Source: Lama guanicoe
Taxonomy: Eukaryota
Direction of reading: 5' to 3'
NCBI GenBank assembly: GCA_013239625.1
Contig: MU053216.1
Coordinates: forward strand, 1,452,943 to 1,516,942
Length of the DNA stretch: 64,000 nucleotides
The translations under genes were made by a program, and so were the position numbers. Position 1 is the stretch's first letter; every line of letters starts with the position of its first letter. A model generated the notes under the pieces. That model was not told the origin of the DNA. It ran no database searches and saw only the letters and a program-made list of their open reading frames with translations. Shown in pieces: positions 48,380 to 60,904 of the stretch.

Positions 48380-49080
48380 TGGACCAAAATGAGATCATAC
48401 TGTACGTCTCATTTATAACCTGTACCTTTCACATAATAGTATGAGAAAGTATTCTTCTAAAACATCAGTTTAATACATAGTAGGATTTCTTTGTTTGGAT
48501 GTGTTATTTTTGTTTGTTTTTAAGCAAACCCGGTTATAGGAAATTTTTGTTATTTCTATATTGTTGTTTTTATGATAACACCATAAAGAATGTTCTTGAA
48601 CAGCCGTCTTTGCCTGATTAGTCTTAGATACGGATAAGGTCTTGAATGTGAATTGTCAATCCATTTTTGTTACGTCTTTTGACGCATGCACTATGCTGCT
48701 CTCCAGAGAAGCTGCACCAATTTTCATCCATCCCAGCAACACGTAAGAGCATACACTGGTTTCACATCTGTAGTCGTTTCACAGCTGACCGATGATGGTA
48801 AACGTTTCTTCATAATTTTATTTGCCTTTTTTGGTCTTACAAGATGAGTTTCCCACTTAGCCATTCGTGTACTCATCTCCTCATGTTGATTTGTGGGAGA
48901 CACTATATATGAAATATATTAGCTCTTTGTCTATCAAGTACAGTCATTTTTCCGAGTTTATCATTTCTCTTTTAATGTTAGTGATAGTGTTTTTTGATGT
49001 ATTTGTTTTTCTGTAATCAACTCTGTCAATCTTTTCTTTTCCAGTTTCTGCCTCAGATGTTAAACTTAAGAAAGCTGTTC
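48380..49080 (-). mobile_element. Old L1M-like fragment, reverse
   Basis: GCTCTCCAGAGAAGCTGCACCAATTTTCATCCATCCCAGCAAC...TCAATCTTTTCTTT...CTTAAGAAAGCTGTTCCCC. Confidence 0.5.
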
Positions 49081-49757
49081 CCCCACCACCACCCAACCCA
49101 GAAGGTCGTAAAAATGCACATATGAGTTGCAAGTGCACGGTCACGGGTGTTTTGTCTGCAGAGATAGTGAGACTCCACTACTCTGGTCTCAAGAACATTT
49201 TTACACTATGTGGCAACACAGGCATTTTAGTTGTCCTTACACCAATGACGTGGACTGTGAAGGGAGCGCCATGAAGCTAATTTAAATCTTCGAGCAATTT
49301 TCTCTACTCGGCCATTAAACTACTCTCATCTTTTTCACTTTCTTTTGCTGTTTTACTGAGGTTATTTTTATTGGCATTATTTTTTCCATTGTAAATTTAC
49401 AACCAAGATTATATATGTATTTTCCACAAGACATCTTTGGGCATGTCCGATTCTAACAGCAGCCTGCTATTGCAAGTTTTTTGTGGCCTATGTTTTTAAC
49501 AAGCTCAGCTTTCCTGAGTCACATTTTTATACGCCTAGTTTTGTTTTAAAAATGAGATTCTCCAAGCAACTTTTTATTTATTACCACTTTTACTGTATAC
49601 GATCTGGGCCGTTGTCTCTAATTTCGGTGGGTTATTTCTACTAGTGATCGTCACTGTGAATTGGATGAGGACTGGAGGAAGATGACGGGTGCGATGCCCA
49701 CTGCAGCACAGAGAAGAAGACAGCAGGACCCCCGCACGCCCAGGGGCGGTAAGTGAC

Positions 49758-50180
49758 CTGGTGGTTTACAACATGTCCGCAAATTCTCCAATGTTCCTCG
49801 GAAAGATGGAGTGTGAATCCCCTTCCCTGGCATGTGGGCTGGGAAAGGGACTGGAGTCTAAAGAGCCGGGAGGAGCGGCAGGGGCAGCGTCCACCACCCG
49901 GTCCCTGGAGACCAGGCCACAGCTTCCTGCCGGCTGCTCTGGGACCCCTTTCCCTGGGAAGTCCTGCTGCCTGACGTAGGGACACTCAGGCTGGTACGGA
50001 GAGGCCCACCTGGTGGAGAACTGAGGCTGCTGGTCAAGTGGACGGGCCACCTTGGAAGCAGTTCTTCAGTCCCAGCAAAGCCATTGGAAGAGGCCGGCAG
50101 CCTCCTGGGAGGCGAATGACAGGCCCTCAGAAACTGTGTGAGATAGTTTGAGTCCACTTGTTACGCAGCAGTAGTGACGG
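49758..50180 (+). mobile_element. MaLR LTR (MLT1F-like)
   Basis: GGAGAGGCCCACCTGGTGGAGAACTGAGG...CCACCTTGGAAGCAG...CCCTCAGAAACTGTGTGAGATA...TTGTTACGCAGCAGTAG. Confidence 0.65.
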
Positions 50181-51718
50181 AGGATGTGATGGTGAATGGG
50201 GCCGGGGTCAGAGAAGACTCCCCGGGGAGGGCCCCTGGGCCCGAGTCGCCCCCCATCAGTGATGCTACAGCCAGCGCCCCCTCTACGCTGTGCTCCCTCC
50301 ACCTGCCTCCCTCCTGTCCTTGTCCTCCTTCCCCCCCCCCTTGAATCCTCCCGATCACGTCGCAGTGGGAAGCGCTGGATAAACCATCCTAGATTTTTGG
50401 TTAGAATACAACTTCAATGATTATGTGGTAACCCCCACAGAACCTTCACTTGCTCCGTGCAGATTCACGTGTGTGGAGACCTACCCCACCCCTCCCTCCA
50501 TCCTCCTAAAATGTCCACCCACGTGTGGGTGGGCACTGCAGCGTTTCAAAGGAGCTGTTTGGGAAATAAGCATTTTATTTATCGCTTAGGGGACGTTTAA
50601 AATAAACTGCAGTAGAAAAATAGGGATGGTAAGTCGCTGGATTAGATACTTAGTTTCCACTGATGAACAGAACCAAGAGCATGAAACCATAAGCCCTAAC
50701 AGTCTTTTGCTAAGAAGAAAATTTGCCGACAGAGGTGGGACGGACAGCTGAAAACACAGACGTCAAGCCTATTTGTACCACTTTTTAAAGAATTTGCATT
50801 CGGAGTGGTGACATTGCTCGCAGACTTGCCCGCTGTACGGAAAGCCCTCGGCCTCGGGTCTTCAGCAAGCGGGCCTGTCCCCTGACTGCGGGAGAGCCGC
50901 CCGGTGTGGCAGCGGGCCTTGCCGGGAGCCCCCGCGTGGCCGGGCGTGCGGCTGTGAAGGGCGGAGGGTGCTTTGTAGTTTATGTCACAACCAGTTTTCC
51001 AATTCATGAACGCCTGTCACTCACACAAATACAGCATTTTAATTCCCTCTTACGTTTTTTATTAAAAACAGGTCTCTTGACCAAGATCCTCTGGGCCCGT
51101 CAGCTATGATACGTTTTGTGTCCTGAGGTAACTTCTTTCCTTTGATAAACTTTTCCACCAGACACTGCCGACTGAGCAACCAAAAGGAGAGCATATCATT
51201 GTGTGGAATAATTGTACGTGATAAGCAACAAAACCTCAGAATAATGATAGCGTTACAGCAGGTCCTCCTTACAACCTGACTCTACCCAGAACGCCCTCTC
51301 CTGAAACATAATGACTGAGTACAGGAAACGTTCGAGCCATGGAGCCTGTACGTTGCATACCAGCCTAACACCCACACCCGGACAGAATTCCAACACTAAA
51401 ACAGCGTCACTGCCTTGGTTTTCAATCTCCTAAGAAAGACTAGAAGCAGCGTTCAATTTAGAAAAGTCACTCAGCATTGCTTCAGTGAAATGCTGGACTA
51501 ACAACTAATTCAAAGGACTATGTTGTGTTGCTTTCGACATTTCAAGGAGACTAGCAAAAATGCTGAATAAAATGGTGAAGGGACAGTCCAGCCTGGTGGC
51601 AAGATGGACTGAGTGGCCTTAGAGGCCTTGTTCAGTCCTTGAGTTCTGTGACACTTCAGGGGTCCCCCATAGTTCCATTTAAAAACTGTTTTTTAAAAAA
51701 TATATTAATTCTTGTGTG

Positions 51719-51870
51719 TGGGGTGGTGTATCTCAGAGGTAGAGCGTGTGCACAGCATGCACGAGGTCCTGGGTTCAATGCCCAGCACCTCCGTTAAAAA
51801 TACATTCGTACGAAAATAAAACATACACACTTACATAAATAAACTTCATTACACTCCCCAGAAGAAAACC
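51719..51870 (+). mobile_element. tRNA-derived SINE (camelid Vic-1-like)
   Basis: CTCAGAGGTAGAGCGTGTGCACAGCATGCACGAGGTCCTGGGTTCAATGCCCAG body plus A-rich tail; same family as the other copies in the window. Confidence 0.85.
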
Positions 51871-53177
51871 CAACAGGATTTACATTAGGTTAAAATTGCA
51901 TTAAATTAAAAAAGATACATGTCGCTATTAACCATTGTAGTTCAGAACAACACTGCATGGTCTTTACTACGGGTGTTTTTCCCCTGATTCAGTAGAATCC
52001 CAGGTACTTTTTCACAGAGGAAATTTTCTAAAAGTAAACAGCATACCACACTTTTTCCAGGTAAATATCTTAGTTCTTTCTAAATCCCAAATGGAACTAA
52101 AACTTCATTATGTTTTTAAAAAAGTGCTTGCCAAGAGCAGTCTCACTGGTTTTTGATCAAAGGTCTTATTGAAAACCCCACTTTCCTAATTGCATCCTTT
52201 CCCAAAACTTCTTAAAGTAAAAAGTGAGAACACAGCTCATGAAGGGAGAAAAGCAGGCTCTACCTAACATGCTTGGTTTGTTTTACTTAGTGTGTGTGTT
52301 TTCAGAATGTTTAAAAAAAAAACCAACAAGAACAACAATCCCTTGGCACAAAGTTGTGTGATGAATAAAGTGTTCCAGCCAAGTTATAAATCCCAGCAAA
52401 GGGAGGCTTAACTGGCAAGTGCTGGGCAGGACGGAGCTGTCACTGCAGCTCAGCTCCACGCAAACAAAGAGCCATTCATGAGACTCGCAGCCACTCCACG
52501 CTCCAGTCTGTCACCAGCTAAACACAAGGCTGCTGGAGCCATTAGTGAGATCTACCCGGAAAACTCGAAGGCATGGAAAGAAACATGCTAAAATGTACCA
52601 GCACCTGCCCATTCATTGGACTTCTGATAGACCAAATGTTATTTTGGCCCATGTATTTCATCAGCTGATGAGGACCTTTTGCCATTCAACAAAAACTTAA
52701 GAAACTTCAAACTCAGTGTCTCACGCTCCTATTTGGTCTTTGTTTGCTTCCTTTCTTTAATTTCATATTCTGTCTTAAAGCACATAGCCGCTTCCTAACT
52801 GTCAAGACCAAACAACCATCAAAAACCACAGTGTATTGTTTAAATTTTATATAATTCACTTAATTTTTTTTAAAAAAGGAAATTGTTGTAATCATAACAG
52901 AGCTGTGTATAGGCCAGTTCCTCTGCGGGTTGTAATCTTATTCTAGGGCCTCATTAGAGAAATTCTTCTTTGATACTTTCTCCAGTGGACTTTAAGGAGT
53001 AAGTTACAGAGAATGTTCTGCTGGAAAAAGAAAAGAAAAACAGTACAAGAATGGATTAGTATAACAGTTCTCAACATTTTTCATTCTCAATTCCCCATTT
53101 TTAATCCTCTATATAATTTGTCTATTAAAATACGTAAAACAGAAAAAGCATGCCCTATGGACTGTTTTTAAAAAGGA

Positions 53178-53428
53178 TTAACAGACATAAACTGCTATAC
53201 GTAAAACAGATAAACAATAGCACAGGGAACCACATTCAATTTCTTATAATAACCTATAATGGAAAAGAATCTGAAAACACATGTATATATATGTATGTAT
53301 ATGTATATATGTATGTATACGTATGTACATATGTGTATATATGTATGTGAATCGCTTTGCTGTACACCTGAAACTAACATTGTAAATCAACTACACTTCA
53401 ATAATAAACAAAATTTTAAGAAAAAAAA
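53178..53428 (+). mobile_element. Younger L1 3' end with internal (TA/TATG)n tract
   Basis: TAGCACAGGGAAC...AACCTATAATGGAAAAGAATCTG...TTTGCTGTACACCTGAAACTAACATTGTAAATCAACTACACTTCAATA plus A tail. Confidence 0.8.
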
Positions 53429-54269
53429 TGCAAGAGGAACACCATACAGGCATTAAAAATCTAACCCAGTCTGTCTGCGTCACTCTGCTGCCACCACTTT
53501 TAGGTTTTTCTTGCCCAGGGTGTGTCCCCAACGCTGCCCTCTCACCTCACCCCCACCAGCACCCTTTCAAAGCAGGTGGAGGCCCAGGTGCGTCAGGAGA
53601 TGCAAAGAAGAGAAGGAATCCCTGCGTCCAAGTGCCCTGGGCGGTGGAGGGGGGGGTGCTGTGCGTTCTACCTCCGGGCAACGAGCCCTACTGCCGGCCC
53701 TGCACAGACCAGCGGGCAGCTTTCTTCCTCCTCAGGTTCCCCATCTCGGAAACGGGTATTGAAGATGACATTGGGAACAGCCTCAGGTAAGTGAAGTCAC
53801 GTTTGGCATCTAGTTCTGCCTTTTCAAATAGTCTCTGTAATTACGTAAAGAGTTGTCCACTCCGTTACTTTTCATTTTGCTCCCTTAATTCTTGTCTCGT
53901 GAATGCGTGTTTGAACCTCATTTCCCTTTTCTCCGGCTCCTGTCTCCGCCTGGCTGCTCAGCGAACTGCTCTCTGACCCTGAGTGCCCCTTCGCCTGACT
54001 CACTCTTCCTTCAGCAGTTCATTTTTATTAAACACGACTGTCTTCACTCTTTCACCCTCATGAAGTGATTTCGAAAAACACTGCATGATTTTAAACGCTT
54101 TATTCGTCTGCTGTGTTATAAGCAAAAACTTCTGGTATTAAATCAGTATATCCTAAGACATTCCGACTCAAGTTCAAAATGTTAGAATAATGTTACTGGA
54201 TTAAGCAACAAATGCAACTATTTGAAGGTATAAATCAAGCAGGATTGGTTTTACTTTGCTTTAAAATAT

Positions 54270-55110
54270 TTCAAGGAACTTACTTAAAATACTTCAAGAA
54301 CTTTACAGAAAGTTACAGGAAATGATAGAAAGTACTGACCACCGATCTTTGTCAAATATGAGTATTTTCTATATTTGCTTCAACTTTTAAAAAATAAAAT
54401 GTTACAGGTGCAGTTAAAATGTTCTGTGTACTTCCCCATCCCGCTCCTCACCCTCTGCCTCCCACGTATGCGTTATTATACACCAAATGTTCTCCCCTTG
54501 CATCTTTTTATAATTTTATTGCATATGAATGTGTCATAAATGAAACACAGTACCGACATATGCTTTTAGATTTTATATTAATGACAGACTCCCTTTCAAT
54601 CAACGTTAACATTTACCCGTGTTGACCCACTTCACTCAAGTTCATTCACTTTGTTGCTGTGCAGCATCCTTTTATACAAATGTACCACGATCTGCTTGTC
54701 CGTTTTACTGTTAGTGGATATTTAGGTGGTTTCTGCTTGTCTGCTGTTGCAGATGGTGTCGCAGCGCACGTTGCTGTGCCTGTCTCCCAGGGCACACGTG
54801 CGAGAGCTGCGGATGGCATGAAGACGCATCTCTTCAACTAAACGTGTGTTTCTCGATTGTTCTCAGAAGTGTGCCAGTTTGAACTCCCACCCGCAGCGTG
54901 CGTTTCCCGTTCCTCGTCTATACCAGCACTTGACGTCATCGGACTTTCACATTTTTTCTGGTCTGACATATGGTGATGCTAGCTCATTTTTGTTACAATT
55001 AGCATTTCTCTGATTTCAAGTGAGTTGGAGCCTTTTTATTTCATGTTAATTGAATTTCTTCTGTGACTTGCCCATTAGTATCCTTTGCGCATTTTGTTTT
55101 CGCGTTGTCT
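54270..55110 (-). mobile_element. Old L1ME-like fragment, reverse
   Basis: TAGTGGATATTTAGGTGGTTTCTG...TACCAGCACTTGACGTCATCGGACTTT...TTAGCATTTCTCTGATT. Confidence 0.6.
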
Positions 55111-55120
55111 TTATGTTACT

Positions 55121-55444
55121 CGATTGGTTCCAGGATCGCCCACAGATTCCAAAATCTGCGGGTGCTCAAGACCCTTATATAAAACGGTGTAGCACCTCCA
55201 TGTGACCTGCACACATCCTCCCACATACTCTAAATCATCTCTAGGTTACTTACAGTACCTCGTACACTGTAAGTGTTATGTGAATGGTTGCCAACATAAT
55301 GTTAATACTATGTAAATATTATTGGTGTGCAGCAAATTCAAGGTTTGCTTTTTGGAACTTTGTGGAATTTTTTTCTTAATGTTTTCCATCCACGCTTGTT
55401 TGAATCTGTGCGCGTGGAACCCACGGATGTGAAGGAGTAGCTGT
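55121..55444 (+). mobile_element. MER2-like (TcMar-Tigger) DNA transposon
   Basis: GATTGGTTCCAGGA...CCAAAATCTGCGGGTGCTCAAGACCCTTATATAAAACGGTGTAG...TGAATCTGTGCGCGTGGAACCCACGGATGTGAAGG resembles remembered MER2. Confidence 0.75.
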
Positions 55445-56299
55445 GCATACTTTAACTGAAAACTCCAAGGGTGTCCCGAGTTTCCCCTGTTCTCTGGATC
55501 ATTGTACCTTAGAATCTGTTAGTCGTGGTAACTCTTTCCCATGTTATACGCCATTATTGTCCAATGTTTCACTTCCACAGTGTTTTATGCTCCTAAATTA
55601 GCCTTTATCTAATTACTGCTGTTGGTTTTGTGAAACAGATTTGTTTAGACCTAGCTCCTTACTGACCAACGTCTTTGCTGGCCGCTTCTGTTTTCACTAA
55701 GGTAGATCTTTCCGCGATTACTTTCCTTTGGCCTGAAAGACATCCCTTAATAATAGATTTTTCCAGTGAGGTTCTTGGATTGATTAATTCTGTTTTCATC
55801 TGGGAAAAACAATTCTGTATTTCACCCTCACCCTCCTGATAGTTACCCGAATATAGAATTTTAGATTGACTGGGTTTCGCAGCAGCTCAGAAATGCCGTT
55901 CCACTGCGTTGGGGCTTCTGCTGCCGCTGCTGAGATGTTTGCCGTTAGTCTGTCATCCTTGGGTATAATTTATTTTTTCCTTCAGTGACTTTGAGCATCT
56001 TTTCTTCGTGCTGCAGTGACACAGGCACGTCTGTGCTTTGTGACGTCTGTGACAGGCAGGTTACCGTGGTGCTGCCTGCCTTCCCCCTCACCCCACCGTA
56101 AGCAGTCATCCCCAAGAAATCATGGCTTTGATGTGCTGGCTTTACTTTCCGAGCACACACCGTGAAAATGATGATTACAGTGAAATATTTCATCCCCGTG
56201 ACGGCTAATTAAAACCACCTACCGTCCTGCGTATGCTTGGGAAGCCCCAGTGTCGGCCGCGGCACACCTGCCTGGGAAGGGCTGCCCACGAGGTTGGCG

Positions 56300-56560
56300 G
56301 TGGGTGCTGGAAGCCACTGAGCACGTTTAAGCCAGGCAGTGACACCGTCAGACTTGTCTCCGGGAAGACCGCGTTGGAGGACGGCGCGCCACGGGATCGC
56401 TCCGGAGAGCACGGCAGCCCGCGTCGATGGAGCGGCCGGGGAGGACGGGCCCGGTGCGGCCAGCCTGACGGAGACGGAGGCGGGGCGCGTGTCTCGGGCG
56501 GACACACAAGGCCCAGCGAACGACCGGATGGGCGTGGCGGCAGAGGAGGTGGGCTAGAAA
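56300..56560 (-). mobile_element. L2 fragment, GC/CpG-shifted
   Basis: GGAAGCCACTGAGCACGTTTAAGCCAGGCAGTGACACCGTCAGACTTGTCTCCGGGAAGACC resembles L2 GGGAAGCCACTGAAGGGTTTTAAGCAGGGGAGTGACATGATCAGATTTG. Confidence 0.5.
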
Positions 56561-56745
56561 GCAGCGCCGCTAACCAGCGTCCGGGAGCCCCGGGGCGAAC
56601 GGGTGTTTCTGCTTCTGTTTTCTCTTTTTGTCCCTGGAGACGTGTCTGGAGAAGGGAAGTGTTTTTAGGGACTAATGTTTCTCTCAGGGAGCTGGTGTTT
56701 CCTCTCAGTTTCTCAGTCTGTCGTGATGCTTAAAAGCCTGTTGCT

Positions 56746-56847
56746 GGGAGGTGGGTAGCGCTCAGTGGTAAAGCGCATGGTTAGTGTGCACGAGGTCCTG
56801 GATTCAATCCCCAGTCCCTCCATTAAAAAACAAACAAACAAAAAGAG
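56746..56847 (+). mobile_element. tRNA-derived SINE (camelid Vic-1-like) with TSD
   Basis: A/B-box-like body (GCTCAGTGGTAAAGCGC...GGATTCAATCCCCAG) and A-rich tail. TSD AAGCCTGTTGCT (56734-56745) / AAGTCTGTTGCT (56848-56859), with a TT|AAAA endonuclease-type site. Confidence 0.85.
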
Positions 56848-58224
56848 AAGTCTGTTGCTTCGGGGTCAGGGAGGGTGTCTGACTCAGGTTTTACGTAGCT
56901 GAAGCTTCTGCAATTTTACAGGAGTGGGCAGTGGGGAAGCTTCATAGAGAAAGAATGCAGAGATGCCTAGCTTGCATTTCCCAAAAACACTTGGCCAATT
57001 GCGCATGCCACCTCTTCAAGGGCCTTGGGACGGGCTCGTGGACACGAGGTCCCGGCGGCCGGAGCTCTGCTGCTCTCCCCGGGCACCCAGCTCTGCTGCC
57101 GGCGGCGCGGGGTAGAGGCCGCCCGTCCCTCACGTGTTTCACACTCTGTTTCAGAAAACTGCTTCCTGAAGTGAACAAACACTGGCCTCTGCAGAGCGTT
57201 TCAGTAGTTCTTTACACAAAGCCCCAGTGAGAAACCCAAACCACACAGGGCCGGAGGGTGACACGGGCTTTGAGCCCCTGACCCGCGTCCTGCCGCCCCT
57301 GTCAGGCAGCAAGGGCACTGCTTCCCTCGCCTGGTCTTCAGGGAGCCCCTGGTTGCAGACCCGCCTTCCAAGGCCGAGCTGCTCCCTTCTCTCCACTGTC
57401 CTTTTTTTTAACCCTTTCCCCCTCCTGGGGTCTTCACGCCTGTTTCTGGAATGTGCTGCCCCTTCCTCAGGAATCAGGTCCTCTCGTGGGTTCAGCGAGT
57501 GGCAGAGCTTCACCGGCTCTGGGTCCGGGCAAGTCCCCTCCTCCGTCTGGCCTCTGCTGCCTGGAGCAGGGGCTTCCGCTCCCCCGGGCACAGGAGGAGA
57601 GAAGGGTGGGCTCCGCTCTCCCCGCCATATGCTTTTCCTCTCAGTCTCTCAAAGCGTATCTTACAGCCACGTATATCTTGCTCCAAAACCCTTCCTGTGA
57701 CCTCCAAGGGATGCTATTTCTACCCCTTAAACAACCTGAAAAGCACCTTCTCTCTGCTGACCATCCTTCGGGCCAGGGTGAACATCGCACTATCCTCTTC
57801 TGTTAAATGAGCCGTGGAAAGAGTGCCCTGCCCTAGTTCCCACGCTCCTCCACTGGCTATGGAAAGGTGTGGAGGTTTGGAAAGCTGGAGGCAAGGGCGG
57901 AATTGATTCACTTTTTGGCATAATGACCTTGGGGTGTCTGTGGGACCTGTAGCTGTTCAGTTATCAGTTAAAAAAATGTGAGTCTGGAGCTCCCGAGGGA
58001 GGTCACCCCGTGAAGGCTCACTTAACCTGAGCTGTGGACGCAGAGGCCCTGGGGAAAGAGTCCAGGAGAGAAAGTGTAGCAGAGAATTGCTGTGAACAAA
58101 AATTTTGGGGATCAGGGGGGAAAAGTGGGAGCCTGCGACACAACTGAGGCCCAGCCAGGAGTTCAGAATGAGCCAGAAATAGGAAATGACTGATCTGAGC
58201 AGACACATCTATCTGATCTGCATC

Positions 58225-58420
58225 CATGCTGTTTTAAGGGTCTTGCGTGCATTAATTCACGTGAATCTTACAACAGCTCTTTGAGGTGGGCAGGGTTATG
58301 ATCTCTCTGTGAAGATCATGAAATGGAGGCAGAGAAAGTTCAAATCATCTTGAAACAGGTTGCACAGCTGTCTAATTCGGAGCCAGGACTCAAAACTAGA
58401 CAGTCTGGCTTGAAAGCGTG
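58225..58420 (-). mobile_element. MIR
   Basis: ATTAATTCACGTGAATCTTACAACAGCTCTTTGAGGTGG...GAAATGGAGGCAGAGAAAGTT...AGCCAGGACTCAAAACTAGACAGTCTGGC. Confidence 0.65.
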
Positions 58421-59251
58421 CACCTTCACATCTCTGTGTGTCTCTCAAGAGCGAAGCGGAGAGACACTTCCAGGAGAAGCATGGGCAGTGGTATTCAGAG
58501 CGGCAGGAAGGTCGAGTAAAATGAGGACAGGAAAGTACCCAAAGCTGTTGGACAAACTATAAGGTCACTGGTAACCTTACGAGAGCATTTTTAGTGGGTT
58601 GGAGGGATAGACTCAGGCTGCTGAAAATCATGCTGCATTGAAAATTTGGGGTATTTATATAACGTAGGGCATTTAAAAAAAAAACCTATCTTGTTTTTAG
58701 TTGAAATCCCACCCTGACACCTACCCTGCCATTTGTCCTCCAGGGATTTAGTTGCATGTAAAGGTAAAGGTCAATGAGATTTAATTTTTAAGTTGAGGAA
58801 GACATGGATGGACCTGATTTACTTAACAAGAGGCGTTCCAGGTAATCCGTTCCCGGTGCACTGCAGCTCCTAAGTAGGGATTGTTTACTCAGGAGCCGGG
58901 GAGGGGCAGTCACTGTCACCTTGACGGGGTAAGTCCACAGGCCTATCAAGAACTAGAATGAATCAAACCCCAAATCTTTCTGAAGTATATGAGATGTACC
59001 TGCACAGATGAACATCTCAAACATAACTTACATTACAGAAGCCAGATGTAAAAGAATATGTTCTGTGTGGTCCACTTACAGAGAACCCCAAAATGACTGT
59101 ACTTTGGAAGTAAGGTCAAGATAGTGCTTGCCCTTGGAGGACGGAGGGGGAGGATGGGAAGGAAGAGACACGGGGGTCTCTCGGCCCGTTAGTTCTGTTT
59201 CTTGATCTGGGGCTGGCCACGTGGGGCCGGCCACGTGGTGGGTTCACGTGG

Positions 59252-59650
59252 TGTTCGTCTGGGTTCTCTAAGAAGCAGTCACCAAGTCAGAAATAAACAC
59301 ACACACGAGGAGTTTATCAGGGGAACGCCCGTGAGAGAGAACGGGAAGCTGGCTGGGAAGACAGGGACAGTCGTCATCCGCAGGTCTGACTGGAGGGAAG
59401 CGCGGGAGGGACGCTGCTGGGGCATCCCAGGTGGCCGTGAGGCTGAGGAGGAGCCACCAAGCTGATGGCGAGTCTTCCAGGCAGCTGGCCATGCGGGCCG
59501 GGCGGGGAGCCCGTGTCTCCCAGGGACGGGCTCTGCTGTCCCGCTGCGCTCTGTCACTGGCACAGCCCGAGGGGGGCCGCGGGCGTCAGAGCCAGGGCAG
59601 CGGTGGGAGCCCCTGGTGCGCCAGGTCCCTCATCCTTAGAGCTCCTTGAG
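59252..59650. mobile_element. ERVL/MaLR-type LTR remnant (LTR16-like)
   Basis: TGGGTTCTCTAAGAAGCAG...GGAGTTTATCAGGGG opening resembles remembered LTR16-type ends. Confidence 0.4.
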
Positions 59651-60242
59651 GTGCCTCCTCGTGGTGCCGAAACCCATGGAGCTGTACGTTGTCGGCTGCA
59701 CCCTCCCGACTGCGTGTTCTAGTTAGAGAGGAAGCTTGTTTTTAAAAACAAATGTCCTAAATTCACCATCCTGGGGTCCAACAGCAGAAACATCAGAAAG
59801 ACTATTTTCGCTCGTTAACTGATGTCCTTCTTATTCACCGCCATTAATATCTGGGACAGTTGAAATGATCCCTGTTTTATCCCAAACTTTGGTGACATGA
59901 AAAAAAATTCTCTTTCAGTTCTACCTGTTTGAGCCCCGTGACTTTTAATAACTAAAAACGGCAAAACGTGTAACATTCCTGGTTATTTCTATCAAAATAT
60001 TGAGTCAGACTCACAGGTGCATTGTTCGCCTACAAAAGCCTGGAGAAAAACTCCAGCATGTGCAGCGAGGGTAAATGATGTAAAGTTACTTTTATATTTA
60101 TTTAAATTTAGAGAATTTACCAGAAATGTTCAAATATCCCCTAATAAATTTGGTGTGAAAATTCGAACACATACCAAGCCAACTATGACATGAGACACTG
60201 ATCACTCGTTACTGCTCTAGTATTAGCCAAAAGAAAGTTTTC

Positions 60243-60411
60243 TATTTCTTTTTTTCCTAACTGGAGTACTGCTGATTTACAGTATTGTGGTAGTTTCAGG
60301 TTTACAGCAAAGTGATTCAGTTATACATGTATCTATATTCTTTTCTCAGTTCTTTTCCATTAGAGTTTATTACAAGATACAGAAGTTTCCTGCACTAGAC
60401 AGTAAATCCTT
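60243..60411 (-). mobile_element. Younger L1 3' end with 17-bp TSD
   Basis: Same family as the 4205 and 53178 copies. Flanks GCCAAAAGAAAGTTTTC (60226-60242) / GTCAAAAGAAGGTTTTC (60412-60428), 2 mismatches. Confidence 0.8.
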
Positions 60412-60904
60412 GTCAAAAGAAGGTTTTCATCTTGCATAACGTCTAGTATAGAGCGAGGCAGATGAGGAAATCATCTTAATGCATTTTGTGACTCTTTCCT
60501 AAAAATTAAATATCAATTATAATTGTTTTCCCTAATTCTAAAGTGTCTCTTAAAGGAAACTTGGAATTATTGCTCTAATTCAATATTCAGAGAAGGAAAT
60601 TTTTGACAGGAAAATCAATAACATATTCCTTTAAATATTTTATAAAAAGTCTTTTAAATAAGCTATGTGAAATTATAATCATTCTTTTCAATAATGAATT
60701 TACAATTCTTGCATTTTGACACAACTTGGCCTACCAAAACCCCTGAAGGAGCTGAAGTCCAATTACACCAGCAATAAAAACTGCCATAAAAAAATTAAAA
60801 ATAAAAATATAAATATAAAAACTGTCATAAGTCTTTAAGGTGATGCTTGGGTGAAATCTTCTTTGAAATACTCAGCTGCAGTGACATTGCAGGGTTTCTT
60901 CATT

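Noticed and set aside
50272..50287. CTCF-like AGGGGGCGCTG on the minus strand
   Set aside because: The 5' half of the core does not match; likely chance.
51719..51795. tRNA-like sequences here and at 10948, 21726, 41037 and 56746
   Set aside because: Degenerate stems, A-rich tails and TSDs mark them as SINEs, not tRNA genes.
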